A DNA stretch of 64,000 bases. Source: the human T2T-CHM13v2.0 reference genome, Homo sapiens. The notes below the pieces were generated by a model. That model was given only the letters and a program-made list of their open reading frames with translations, had not been told where the DNA came from and searched no databases. Location: the NCBI RefSeq assembly GCF_009914755.1, contig NC_060945.1; one strand, 5' to 3'. The position numbers were made by a program, and so were the translations under genes. This document shows positions 32,140-46,776 of this stretch, piece after piece; position 1 is the stretch's first letter, and every line of letters begins with the position of its first letter.

Positions 32140-33570
32140 GGGGTTGAGTCAAGATGGCGGCCTGGAAGTAGCTCCTGCGCGCTGCTCTCACAGGGAGGAG
32201 ACAAAGGGCTGGTGAACACTGACCCTACAAGCTGATATCTAAGAAACCGTGTCGGACTCGATCAAGGCAGCAAGCCGACACAGAGAACAGAGAGGAGTGC
32301 AGCTGGGCAGCAGCCTGTCTGGGATAAACGCGGAGCCAGGAGAAGCTCCCCAACACAGGAAAGGGTGAGTGAGTAAGAGGCCCCTGAGGGCTTCACACTC
32401 TCCGCGGGAACCTGTGTAAGGTTGCGAATGGAAGACCCCCACCACCGCCCCCCTTCCCCCCGCCGGCCTCCCTGCACCCTCCCACCAGCTTCTAAACTGA
32501 GGCAGAGAGCCACCGGAAATGTTGCAGCGGCAGCTCTCAAGTCCAAGGGGACCTCCACAAGCCTTGGACCCTGGAACAGAGGCACCAGTGCCATCTCCCC
32601 AGTAGAGACTGCAGTCACAGTGCCCAGGAGCAGCAGGATTGTTCCCCTCCCTCCAGCCGCCAGCCGCCCCTCCACCCTACACATGCACAGGGTTCAGCGC
32701 CAGCTTCCAGGCCAGCAGCCCCACGTATGCCTGAACTTAGCTGGTGGGCGCAACCACTTGTTCCAGGAAACATCCCTCAGAGAGCAGACAGTGAGGTAGT
32801 CAGGCAACGCCCGCTAGAGCTCCCAGCCCAGCTTTCCTGCCCCTGAGTGAATTCATCCGGCAGGTGCAGTCTCTTGTTGTCCCAGGAAATCCCTGAATAT
32901 CAGGAGGGGATGACTCCGACCAACCCCACCTCTCCTAGCCAAGCAAGTCACTCCTGCTAGAGCTTCCAGCCTAAGGGCCTTAACTCTCCCTGAAATCTGC
33001 TGAGCAGCACAGCCTCCTATAGCCCTGGGAAATACCCAGAGGGCAGGGTGAACAGCTCCACCCATCCCCGTCTTTAGCAGACGAATGGACCACACTCACT
33101 AGAGCTTCCAGCCCAGCAATCTTGCTTCTGCCTGAATTTGCATGCGCAACCCTGTGTTCTCCTGGGAAGCACCCGGACAGCAGATTAGGTGACCCCCACC
33201 CACAACACCCCTGCAGATCCCAGCCAACGAGGACTTGTTGGCTTGGGCAGTACCCAGGCAGAGAGAAGCCCTAACTTTCAGATCACTGAGAGGTGAGGTG
33301 CCCAGCTTTGCAGGCTGGTTGAGGAGCAAGCATGTGTCTCCCTCCCAGCATCCAATGGGTAAGGATATGACTTGTCTGCCAACCAACCTCTGCCTTAGTG
33401 AACCCCGTGGGCCAGAAAACCTAGCAAAATAAACCTAGGCACAGAGTCAGTAATCGGAGGAGATTCCTCCAAGGCCCAGAAGCGGACTACGTGAGGGAGT
33501 CATCACTCTCTTCCCCTACACCACAGAACTCTACTGACCAACTGCAGAGGAAGAGCCTCTCTGCTGCCTA
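32140..33570 (+). mobile_element. Isolated L1 5'UTR (L1PA15/16 / L1P4-like) without ORF1/ORF2
   Basis: Starts ggggttgagtcaagatggcggcctggaagtagct; GC-rich; internal ~143-bp repeats; abuts antisense L1MC-like sequence at ~33575. Confidence 0.8.
32150..32160 (+). promoter_or_regulatory. YY1 motif at the L1 5' end
   Basis: caagatggcgg at about +11 of the element, the canonical L1 YY1 site position. Confidence 0.7.
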
Positions 33571-33609
33571 ACAATCCCATGTCTTTGGCTTGTGTTCTCA
33601 TTCCTTTCA

Positions 33610-35952
<2,343 letters not shown>

Positions 35953-37070
35953 CCTTGACATTTTTATTTGCAGAGCATAAGTGTTTAATTTTAATCAAAT
36001 CTAAATAATCGATTATTTTTTTTCATGGAGCATGCTTTTGGAGTAGTTTCTGAAAAGTCACTGCCATGCCACAACTGATAGAGTTTCTCTATGCTATCCT
36101 CTAGGAGATTTATTGTCTTGTGTTTTACATTTAGGTGTGTGAAAAATACATCTAGAGGTAATTTTTGTGAAAGGTGTATGGTCTGTGTCTAGATTAATAT
36201 TTTTGCGTGTGAAGGTCTAGTTGTTCCATCACCATTTATTGAAAAGATTACCCTTTCATCACTTTTATTACTTTTGCTCCATTGTCAGATATCAGTTGAT
36301 GATATTTGTATGGTTTCATTTTTGGGCTATTATGTTCCATTGATATATTTGTCCATTCTTTCACCAATTCCACACTGTCATGATTACTTTAGTTTAATAA
36401 TGAATCTTAAAGTTAGGTAATGCCAGTCTTCCAACTTTGTTCTCCTTTAATAATTTGCCATCTAACTTTCCTCTTTTGTCTCTCAATACAAGCTGAAGAA
36501 TCAGTTTGTGATACCCACAAAGAGCCTGCTACGATTTCTATTGGGATGGCACTCAATCAAGTTGAGAAGAACTGACATCTTAACAATATTGAGTTGTCCT
36601 ATCCATTCACATGGAATAGCTCTCTGCTTATTTAGTTTTTCTATAATGTATTTTATCAGAGTTATGTAGTTTTCTTCGTATAGATCTTGTACATTTCTTA
36701 AACTTATATATGCATAAGGATTTATTTTGGGGAGGTACAAAAGTAAATGGTATTTTATTTTTATTCTTAAATTGCACTTGTTCATTTCCGGTAAATAGGA
36801 AAGCAGTTGGCCTTTGTATATTAATCACGTACCCTGCAACCTTGCTATAATCACTTATTAGTTTCAGGAGTCTTTTGACTGTTCTTTTATATTTTCTACA
36901 TAGATAATAATGTCGTCTACATCTGAAGATAGTTTTCTTTCTTTCCAATCTGTAACTATATGTCTTGTCTTGTCTTATCGGATTAGTGAGGGCTTCCGGT
37001 ATGATGTTGTAAAGAAGCGGTAAATGGACATCCTTGCCTTGTTATTGATCTCAGCAGCAAGTCTGTGTGT
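35953..37070 (-). mobile_element. L1MC-like ORF2 fragment (host of the L1PA7; short stub also at ~33575-33609)
   Basis: Peptides KRLLKLISDYSKVAGYVINIQ and QDLYEENY..WIGQLNIVKMSVL. Confidence 0.88.
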
Positions 37071-37214
37071 ATTTTTCAAAATTCTTTGTATCTGAATTTT
37101 GGAAGAAAAAACTTTGAAGCTTCCACATAGGTTTTAGTCACTGAATAAAGTTGTATTTTGTACTGCAATAAATTAAATAGGTTACTAAAAGCTTGCAATT
37201 TATATCAAATCTAG

Positions 37215-37430
37215 TGATAGCTAACTTTTACATAGTGCTTACTATATGCCAAAAAGTCTTCTTAAAGATTCACATGTACTGATTCATTTAATATTGTGTT
37301 ATTATTTTTCTAGTAATCAGGTAAGACACCAGGAGCAGGTGGAGGTTTAGTAAGTTGCACAGCCACTTTGCTACAGAGCCAGCTTGCAGAATCAGGGAGT
37401 CTGGAAACAAAGTCTATGTGCTTGACTATG
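37215..37430 (-). mobile_element. MIR SINE
   Basis: atagctaacttttacatagtgcttactatatgcc...gaggtttagtaagttgc..cagagccag. Confidence 0.7.
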
Positions 37431-38419
37431 AGATTATAGACTATCACATCAAAATTTCTGCCTTCCAGTGTTTTGTAATGTATTCATAAAGTTAATGTAT
37501 GTAAAAATTAAAGGATTTTAATATGATTTTGTTAATAAATAACAATAGTTAATGCTGTAAGAATTTCAACATGGATAAAACATACTTTATACCATTCAAT
37601 AGAAAGATGTAGATTAGTCATTACATTTGAGGGAGTGGGAAAAGAAGAAGAGAAAGTATTGATGAGCAGGTTCTACATTATGAACTAGGAAGAGTTAGAT
37701 GGATAATGGGGTAAATCATTAGAAAACAGATGAATTGTTCAAATGGTGTAAGGACGAGATAATATTAACTGTATCATTTTTATTGAGATAAATAGAGATA
37801 AATATCTATATACTTTGGGATTGTGATTGGTATTTTTAAAACACAAAATAAAAGACACAAAAGTCAATGGTAAAAGTTTATCCCTCTGACTTCATTTTCA
37901 AATACTTTAATTTACGTGTATTAATTAAAATTATAAATATAATAGCAAAATTATAAATAGAGAAAAATACTAGCAGCATATGTTACAAAAGGTTAATATC
38001 ATTTATTTATACATAATTAAAATAATAAGCCAATAAAAATGAAGATCAACATAGCAATGGAAAAATAATCAAAACCTACCAACATTATGTATTGTTGAAT
38101 TACATAGAATTTAAAAAGAAAAAAATTAAATTTACTTTTCAGTTAAATCTAAACTTGTTTCTTAGAATATAGGAAAATAACTTTGTTATTTTACACCATA
38201 ACTAAAAGTATATATATATATAGCAGTGATATCAATACAAGTTTCACAGAATTATCTTTTCAGATAAATAAATGCCTCCAGTATAAGCTAACAGATATTT
38301 AAGGTTAAAGTTATTCAGAATTTTTGTTTAATATAGATGTTTAAAAATATACTTAGCATGTGTAAGATTTCCAAAGAGGTAGCATTCTTAAGAATTATGT
38401 AAACACTGAAAATCATTAA

Positions 38420-38626
38420 ATAATTCAGGTTCCTAGTTATGCAACCTAGAACAAGATACTTAAACTTTTTGCTTCAATTGCAACTGCAAAATAAGTATAT
38501 AGTAATTATATGAGTATGTAGTAATTCCCATTTCAAAGATTTGTTGTAAGATTTGTGTTTTAATATGTATAAAGTTTTTAGGACAATGGTTAGCACTAGT
38601 TACCTATTCAAGAATTACCTGTTATC
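38420..38626 (+). mobile_element. MIR SINE
   Basis: caagatacttaaactttttgcttcaatt..ctgcaaaata...ttgttgtaagatt...gtataaagt. Confidence 0.6.
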
Positions 38627-39339
38627 TTATGGCATATTTGTTACATTTAAAAATGATTAGTATTGTAATTAGTTATTTTAGGAAGTCAGAACAGCCAACA
38701 TAGAGTGAGATGAAAGGAATAAGTCTTTTTGTGTTTCAGTTTGTCCACATACACAACAAAGTTTTTTCCTACAAATCATTTATGAATTTGTCCTTTCCTA
38801 TTTAAACTTCCATTAACCTCCAGGCTGAAGTCCAAGCCCCTTCCCTTGGCCTCCTCCAAATAGCATCAATATTTCAGTATCACTTTATCTCCTATCATTT
38901 ATTTCTCCTTACCTTTGGCAATATCCATAGGACATTTCTCATGTTCCCCAGATTTATCACATTCTTTAAAACTCTATGCTTCTCCAATACTATTTATTCT
39001 ATTTGTAATACTTTTTTTTCTAGATCATATTCTCCACTTAAAAGTCTATTTGCCCTTAAAGACATAGATTTTATGCCATCTCTTCTGAGAAGTCACATAT
39101 TGCTTCCATTCAGGTTAAATCTTTTCTCCTATAGATTGTAAACACCGTAAGAACCTGTGATGGCCTGATTTGCATTTTCACTTTGTGTCTGCATTATCCT
39201 TTGAACATCTCCAATCGTGATTTGTTTCAAAATGTTTGATTTTTAAATTTTATTTTATTTATTCATAATAACAAAATAAAATTATAATCAGTAATATAAT
39301 TTCTAAATGAATAATATTAAAATTAAAACTGATCCATTT

Positions 39340-39621
39340 AGCTGGGCATGGTGGCTCACGCCTTTAATCCCGGCACTTTGAGAGGCTGAGGCAAGTGGAT
39401 TGCCTGAACTCAGGAGTTTGAGACCAGCCTGGGCAACATGGTGAAATCCCATCTCTACTAAAAATACAAAAAATTAGCTGGGCATGGTGGTGTGCGCCTG
39501 TAATCCCAGCTACTCGGGAGGCTGAGGCATGAGAATTCCTTGGACCTGGGAGCGGAGCTTGCAGTGAGCCGATACTGTGCCACCGCACTCCAGGCTGGGT
39601 GACAGAGTGAGACTCTTTCAC

Positions 39622-39650
<29 letters not shown>
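39340..39650 (+). mobile_element. Alu (AluS) with ~29-nt pure polyA
   Basis: Full dimer; TSD aactgatccattta / aattgattcattta. Confidence 0.95.
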
Positions 39651-39655
<5 letters not shown>

Positions 39656-42122
39656 TCATTTAACAAGATGAGTAATTTAAGAATTTTATAATTTAAATAA
39701 ACATCTGTGGGGTATGACAATTAAAATAACTTCTTAATATATTTATCAATCGGGTAATGTAACTATGAAATTTTTAGTCTAACATTCTTCAGTATTCTTC
39801 AGTTTTTTTGGAGATTTTATTACCATATTACAGCTATCTATGCAATAAGAAAAAGATGGAGAAAAGTTAAATGTTATTATAAGATTATTGATGTGGAGAT
39901 TTAAACCTTTGATGGACAAAAGTACACACAATTTTTGTAATACAGAACATTTGAAATAATCACTGAGGCCACTCATATATTGTAACACATTTTCCTTCCC
40001 TATGGCCCTCAAAGTAACAATATTAATAACTAAATTTATCTTCCATTTGAATGTGGAATATAGACATTACCTCCAAGGTAATGTGCTTCATGACAGTGTT
40101 AAGAGAACAAAGATGATACAACATTGCATAACCAAATACAGGTCAGAATTTGTTTAAGTGTGAAGAGATTAAATGATAGCTAAAGAAAAACCAGTTAGGT
40201 ACCAAACATAGTAATCTAGAATTGAATTACTTTGTGAAATGAAAATATCCTTGTGGAATGCTTGAGATCATAGTGCAGTAAAGCAAAATCATAAGCTTCT
40301 CAGTCAATTATGTAATAAATGTGAATGATTGCTAATCCCTAGAATACAGAATTTTGGGGATATGTTTCATGACACATGTGGAAGGTTTGTTTTTTTAACT
40401 GCAATAATCAAATAAGTTTGCAAGATATAAGTGCAATAAATAATATTTAGAGAAAGAAAATATGGTGTAACCGTGTGAAATTTTAAGCATATGACAAACG
40501 TAATTTTTGTGATCCTGATTAGAAACTATACTGAAGCTGCTAAATAATAACATGATCACATAGAAAATTACAAATATGAGACGATAAAGTGGAAATGATG
40601 TATTAGTTTTCAGATTCTACTATAAATAACCCTTATGTTTTATTTGTATAATAATAAATCCCAAGACAGGAAAGCTGTGAGGATTATAAAAAAAAAAAAA
40701 AATCTGTGATAGAGAGCCCAGCATGGATCCAAAAGCATCTGAACTGGACCTTTTTAAATATATAAAATATAGGTTGTTATTTCTTTTGACAAGAGCATAT
40801 TGGTGTCATAATAAATAAGATCAAGGTTAGAAATCAGTATGGGCTCCCAGCTGAATGACTTTCACTGTTAATATTTTCAGAATGAGAACAGTTTGTGCCT
40901 GAGCTTAAATAGTGTGTTTCTTTCTTGCCATTGCTTGAAGTGTCATAAATAGCTGTAGTGGCAAACACCACAAAGGAAGCTGAGAGGAAGCTGTTAACGC
41001 TTCATTATTGGAGGGGGTGGTAAAAAGGGAGTAAGGGAGTGGCACTCTATGTTTCAGCCTAGTGAAATTAATCTAACAGATTTTAAACAAAATAAAATAT
41101 ATTCTGCTTAATATATTAATAGAATTAATATATCAAATAGTTTTATACAATAATAAACTTTTACAGTATCACTAAAGGGAAAAATCAATCCTAACATTAA
41201 AGAAAATCAAGGCATTCTGCACATTGCTCCACACCTATAGAAAACTTGGAGAAATTATGCATAGGATTGCTAATGAAGGGCCACAAAAATGAAATGAGAT
41301 TTTTGACTCTTTTTGAAATAATTCAGATTTTCAGTCTGTATTAAAATATGGAAATTCTGGCACAAAATACAATAAACACTGAGAGACAGTTATATTGAGA
41401 ATTTTCAAGGAACTACTTCTTAATGTATAGCATGTTATGATTTCAAAGTCATGATTCTTTTTATTCATAATGACTGGTTTAAGCCTTCATTTTCTTTCCA
41501 GATTCTCTTTCGAAAGCTTAAATTAGATAGAAAGAAACATTGAAACCTGAAGAACTGTTATACTTTCTAGGAGCAGATACTTTTGTGCCATTAAAATCTT
41601 TGAGTTTGTGGCTCTTCAAGAAAGTGGAAGATCTCTTCATGTGCTACAAAGCCTGTTTTTGTGTCTGTTTTTTCTGTTTCCTTTGACATTCTTTTAAAAT
41701 ACAATGTAAGACATACATTTAATATATGGAAATTTGATCATCTGCATAAATGAAATTACAACTTTAATACATATTAAAATGCCATACAGAGTGTATTTAA
41801 ATTTTGTTTCTGCCATGGGAGTGTATAGAGCGAGTTTTCAGTAATTTAATAAGGTCCAGGAACAACTCTGTAAGTGGAATTGACCCTTTTTCAGTATTGC
41901 CATATCAATAATTGAATAGAATTACACTTAAGAATATAAAAATGCTTAGGCACACTCATAACCAAATGATCATAATCTGGATGCTTTGTTTAAATTATGT
42001 GATGAATGGGAGAAATTGTAGTATTTCTGTCAGACAGATTTCAAAAAGTGTAATTGCTGGAACAAAGGAAATATAAATACTTTAAGGCTGACACTGCCAA
42101 ATTAATCTCCAAATGTTTATAC

Positions 42123-42615
42123 TGATGTAGGGCAGGTGAGCCCCAAAGTGGAGCTTAACCCATGAAGGTTCTTGGCTTTGCCCCATAAAGAATTCAAGGG
42201 TGAGTCAGTGGTGAAAGAAAACAGCTTTATTGAAGCAGCAGTGTTAAGCTTCAGGGGTGTTGAAGCTCTGGCCGTGTTACTGCTCCATGACTGCTCCTGC
42301 AGACTAGGGATACCCCATAGGCAGTTTGCTGCAAGTGGCACTCTAGGGCAACTTTGCAGTCATGTTTATACCTGCTTTTAATTACATGTAGAATAAGAGG
42401 CAGTTGATGCAGAAATTGCCAGGGAAAGGGTGGTAAACTTCAGGTTGTGGGACCATTGCCATGGAAAGGGGCGGTAACTCCTGGGCATTGCTATGGCAAT
42501 GGTAAACTGATGTGGCACACTGGTGGGTGTGTCTTATAGAAAGCTGCTTACAACCAGGCACTGTTTTAGCTAGTCCTCAATTTGGTCCAGTGTTTGAGTC
42601 CCAAATCCCACCTCA
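42123..42615 (-). mobile_element. ERV1 solo LTR (MER66-like)
   Basis: TG..CA ends; minus strand begins tgaggtggga..ggaccaaattgaggactagctaaaacag; aataaa on minus; 4-bp TSD atac/gtac. Confidence 0.8.
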
Positions 42616-43447
42616 GTACAACCTTACAACGGAAACAATCATACACGAAAATACTGATTCTTTCCTTCATGACCAGTTCTGAATTTTATGGGAGCCCATC
42701 ATATTCCCAAAAGACACAATCCTGAATACTGTAATTCCCTATGTTGAAATTCCAAAAGATCAAAATTCTGAAAATACCATGTTAGAAAAATTAATAAGAA
42801 TTATTTAAAATATCTTTATTTTCATTTTTAAATGGGATTTATTTGGGAAACATATAAAACATGACAGAACTCTTCATAGGCCATTTTACACAATAAAATA
42901 GGCAATAATAACTTTATATTTTGTAAGCATACTCAGTTATACAAATGAAAGTCACATGCCTATAAGTTATGAGCAGACAAATCATATTAATAAAGAAATA
43001 GGTCAAAAAGCAAATTATATAAATGTATGTCACTATGGTTGGTAATCACGTGCATCCAGCTATATTCAGATGACTGATCTGAAATGTGATAAACAATGTA
43101 AAGGTCTTTGATGGCATCATCAATAACCATGATGGGTCACAATCACATATGCCATCATCTGAAGAGTCTAGATCTTGAGAAGTTTTATCTTTCAAGAATG
43201 CACATGTACAAAAAGGACATATCTTCATTTATTGAGAATGATTCAACATTTTTATGTACACACACACAATGCTTACACACAAAGTCAATATTGTGATAAG
43301 ACACTTTTCCAGAGTCAAATTTGTGAAAATTGCATAAAGCGAGTTAAAACTCTCTGAAAGCCTCTACAGAATTTATACCTGCAGTACTGGAAATGATGCA
43401 AAGATGAAATACATACCATTGTGAATTGCTAAAAATAAATAAAAACA

Positions 43448-43722
43448 GGTTCATGCTTGCAATTTCCAATGCTTTGGGAGGCCAAGGGAGGAGTTAGAGA
43501 CCAGCCTAGGGAACATAACAAGACCTTGTCTCTAAAACAATAAAAATAATGAAAAATTAGCCAGGTGTGGTAGTGTGTGCCCGTAGTTCCAGCTACTTGG
43601 GAGGCTGAGGTGGGAAGATTGCTTGAACACAGGAGGTCAAGGCTACAGTGGGACTCGATGGTGGTGCCACTGCACTCCAGTCTGGGCGACAGAATGAAAT
43701 CCTGTCTCAGAAAGCAAATAAA
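43448..43722 (+). mobile_element. AluJ (degenerate) inside Ricksha
   Basis: gaggtgggaagattgcttgaacacaggaggtcaaggctacagtg. Confidence 0.88.
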
Positions 43723-44735
43723 CCAAAATGCTAACAATTTAAAATAGTGGGGAAAAAAAAACTTAAAAACCGAAAAGAAAATTCTACATATGAAAAGAAG
43801 TGTATTACAAGGAAAGATCATGGACAATTACACAAAGTCCCTAAGACCTGACTAACTTTCATGATGACCAACTCTATTTTGAAGTTTTGCTTCATGATGA
43901 ATAGCTGCTTTTATTTTTTAGTCTTTTAGAACAGTGCTCTCCTTACAGAATACATTTACATTCATTTTCTAGTTGGCATTGCTCTTTTTAAAATTCAGTT
44001 ATGATTTTATATACACCAACATATACATTCTCTATGAAGTATTTCCATGGCTCTGTGTTGTTTGATGACACACAGAAATCCATTCTGCTTTGCACTCACA
44101 TAGAGCACAGGTTTGACAGAAACAGTGCTGGTGATTGGATAGCAGTGCCATTGCCTAAGTGTCTTCTTATTTTGCCAAGCACATAATTATTTTCAAACCA
44201 GTCAGTAAGTTGAGTGGCTTCTTCAGGCAAATGAAGCTTTGAAAGTTCCTAGAATGTCTTCAGCTGGAAGGAATTCCAATGCAGGCAAATGACACAGTTT
44301 TAAGCTAAGGTTTTCATTGTTGTGATATTTGTGTGGCTCATCCACCCATCTACATTTTCTGCCAAATGTATTGGGCTGAATGGAGGAAAACTAACGTTAT
44401 TGGTAACACTTTGAAATCCACTTTTAAAATCCTTGACCACGCCCAATTCCAAATCTGTCATGATGGTGTGGGATTCAAATGAAATGCATTTTCTTCTGTA
44501 AAGTCCACCAGATCTTCAAATAAGCATTTATAAAGTGCTTCATTTGTTCCAGTCATTAATACATAAACAAGCAAATAAGTTATAGAATTTGTGGATCCAA
44601 CAGGGGCATGACTTGTATATAGTTGATTAAAAAAACAGTGGGGACAGTTTAGAAAGTGCCATCCCTTAGCCTGAGTGAAGCATTTGCCAGTTTTTCTATG
44701 TTAGATTTAATATTAAGTACAAAAACTCTATATTC

Positions 44736-45043
<308 letters not shown>

Positions 45044-45088
45044 CCTCTTTCTTTTTCAACAGTCAATTCTGTAATCAAGAATAGTTCA

Positions 45089-45433
45089 CTGTTCCTGTGT
45101 TAGTATGCTAAGGATACTGGTCTCCAGCTCCATCCATGTGCCTGCAAAGGACATGATCTCATTCTTTTATGGATACATAGCGTTCCATGGTGCATATGTA
45201 CCACATTTTCTTTTGATGAGAACACATGGACACATAGATGAGAACAACACACACCAGGGCCTTTCAGAAGCTGGAGGGTGGGAGGAAGGACAGGATTAGG
45301 AAAAATAACTAGGGGTACTAGGTTTACTATCTGGATGATGAAATAATCTGTACAACAGGCCCTCATGACACACCTTTACCTATGTAACAAACGTGGACTT
45401 GTACCCCTGAACTTAAAAGTTAAAAAAAAAAAA
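45089..45433 (+). mobile_element. Short L1PA 3'UTR insertion with 5' inversion (minus 45089-45213; plus 45214-45433)
   Basis: Perfect 12-bp TSD aagaatagttca (45077-45088, 45434-45445); polyA. Confidence 0.92.
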
Positions 45434-45446
45434 AAGAATAGTTCAT

Positions 45447-45729
45447 GGCTATGCAAAGTGGCTCAAGCCTTTTATCCCACCACTGGGAGGCTGAGATGGG
45501 AGAATCCCTTGATCCCAGGAGTCTCAGACCACACTGGGCAACATGGCAAAACCCCAACTCCACAAAATATGAAAATATTAGCCGTGCATGGTGGCTCGCG
45601 CCTGTAGTCTCAGCTAATTGGGAGTCTGAGGTGGGAGGATCACTTGATTCCCAGATGTCAAAGCTGCTGTGAGATGTGATCATGCCACTGTGCTATAGCC
45701 TGTTCAACAGAGCGAGACTCTGCCTCAAA
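45447..45729 (+). mobile_element. AluJ (highly diverged)
   Basis: gaggtgggaggatcacttga..gctgctgtgagatgtgatcatgccactg. Confidence 0.88.
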
Positions 45730-46252
45730 GAAGGAATAGTTGTTCATTTAATGTGTTTTGTCACTGAAGGAACCTCAATATCTGAAAGTGTCTTCAGTTC
45801 ACAACGTCACTGAGCTTGTTAAATTCTTTTTATTCTCTGACAAAGAGAGTTTTGGAAGGCAAGCATGGTTCTATGTTAAGAGGCAGAAGGTGTACACGAT
45901 TGAATAATTTGGCAGGGGAGATTTCTTGTATTTTTCTCCGGTGTTTTTACTTTTATGATCTTCAAAGCACTCTGCACTTGTATTGAAGGGTGGCTGTGGT
46001 CTACACAGTTTGTAAGTAATTTATTGTCCATCTGAAAGTCTGGTTATTACTTGGCCATTGCATTAAGCAATTTTCTGCTTTTTCAGTACCAATAATAATC
46101 AGCTTTTAGACTTTATCTTTCATCATTAAGTAGCCTCGTATACTTACTTATCACAGCCTTTTGGTGAGGGAACAATTTCACTGTTCTCTCCTATTGTGTG
46201 GTAAGGAACACAGTAAGAAGAAATGATAGTTAATTTCCTCCAATGCCAAATA

Positions 46253-46776
46253 TGTATTAATCAGGGTGTACCAGAGACACAGAACGAATAGGATATGTAT
46301 ATAGATATATGAAAGAAGACTCCACAAGTTGGACACCCTTGGATGCTGGTAGTGTGGCTCTGCATAAAATCCTTGAGACCCGAGGGGCCACTGGCATAAG
46401 TCCTAGAGTCCAAAGACCAGTGAGCCTGGAGTTCTGATGTGCAGGCAGAAAAAGGAAAGTCTGTCCCAGCTCTCAGACAGAGACGTGTTCACCTTCTATA
46501 TTTGTTCTCCCGGGGCCCCCCGCTGACTGGATTTTCCCCACCCAGTTCACTCAGACTCACCCACTAATCTCCTCTGGAAACATCCTAGCAGACACTCAAA
46601 ATAATACTTTATCAGGTTTCCTGATAAAAGCCTCAAGCCAGTCACGTTGACTCCTAAAATCAAATCCACCCCTTGTCAATTTGGCAGCTATATGCATCTC
46701 TTTAAAACATACTTAATTCCCAAATAAAGACAATAACAAAGGAATCGTCTGTCTAACATGATGCAATTATCCTGCG
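46253..46776 (-). mobile_element. ERVL fragment within Ricksha: MLT2B-like LTR (46253-46663) plus adjacent internal sequence with polypurine tract
   Basis: tgtattaatcaggg..ccagagacacagaac.aatagga; gtccaaag..gagttctgatgt; tccaccccttgtcaa (minus strand ttgacaaggggtgga). Confidence 0.85.

Noticed and set aside
32239-33432. Cluster of longer ORFs (up to 140 aa) on both strands
   Set aside because: Explained by stop-codon scarcity in the GC-rich L1 5'UTR; no protein family recognised.
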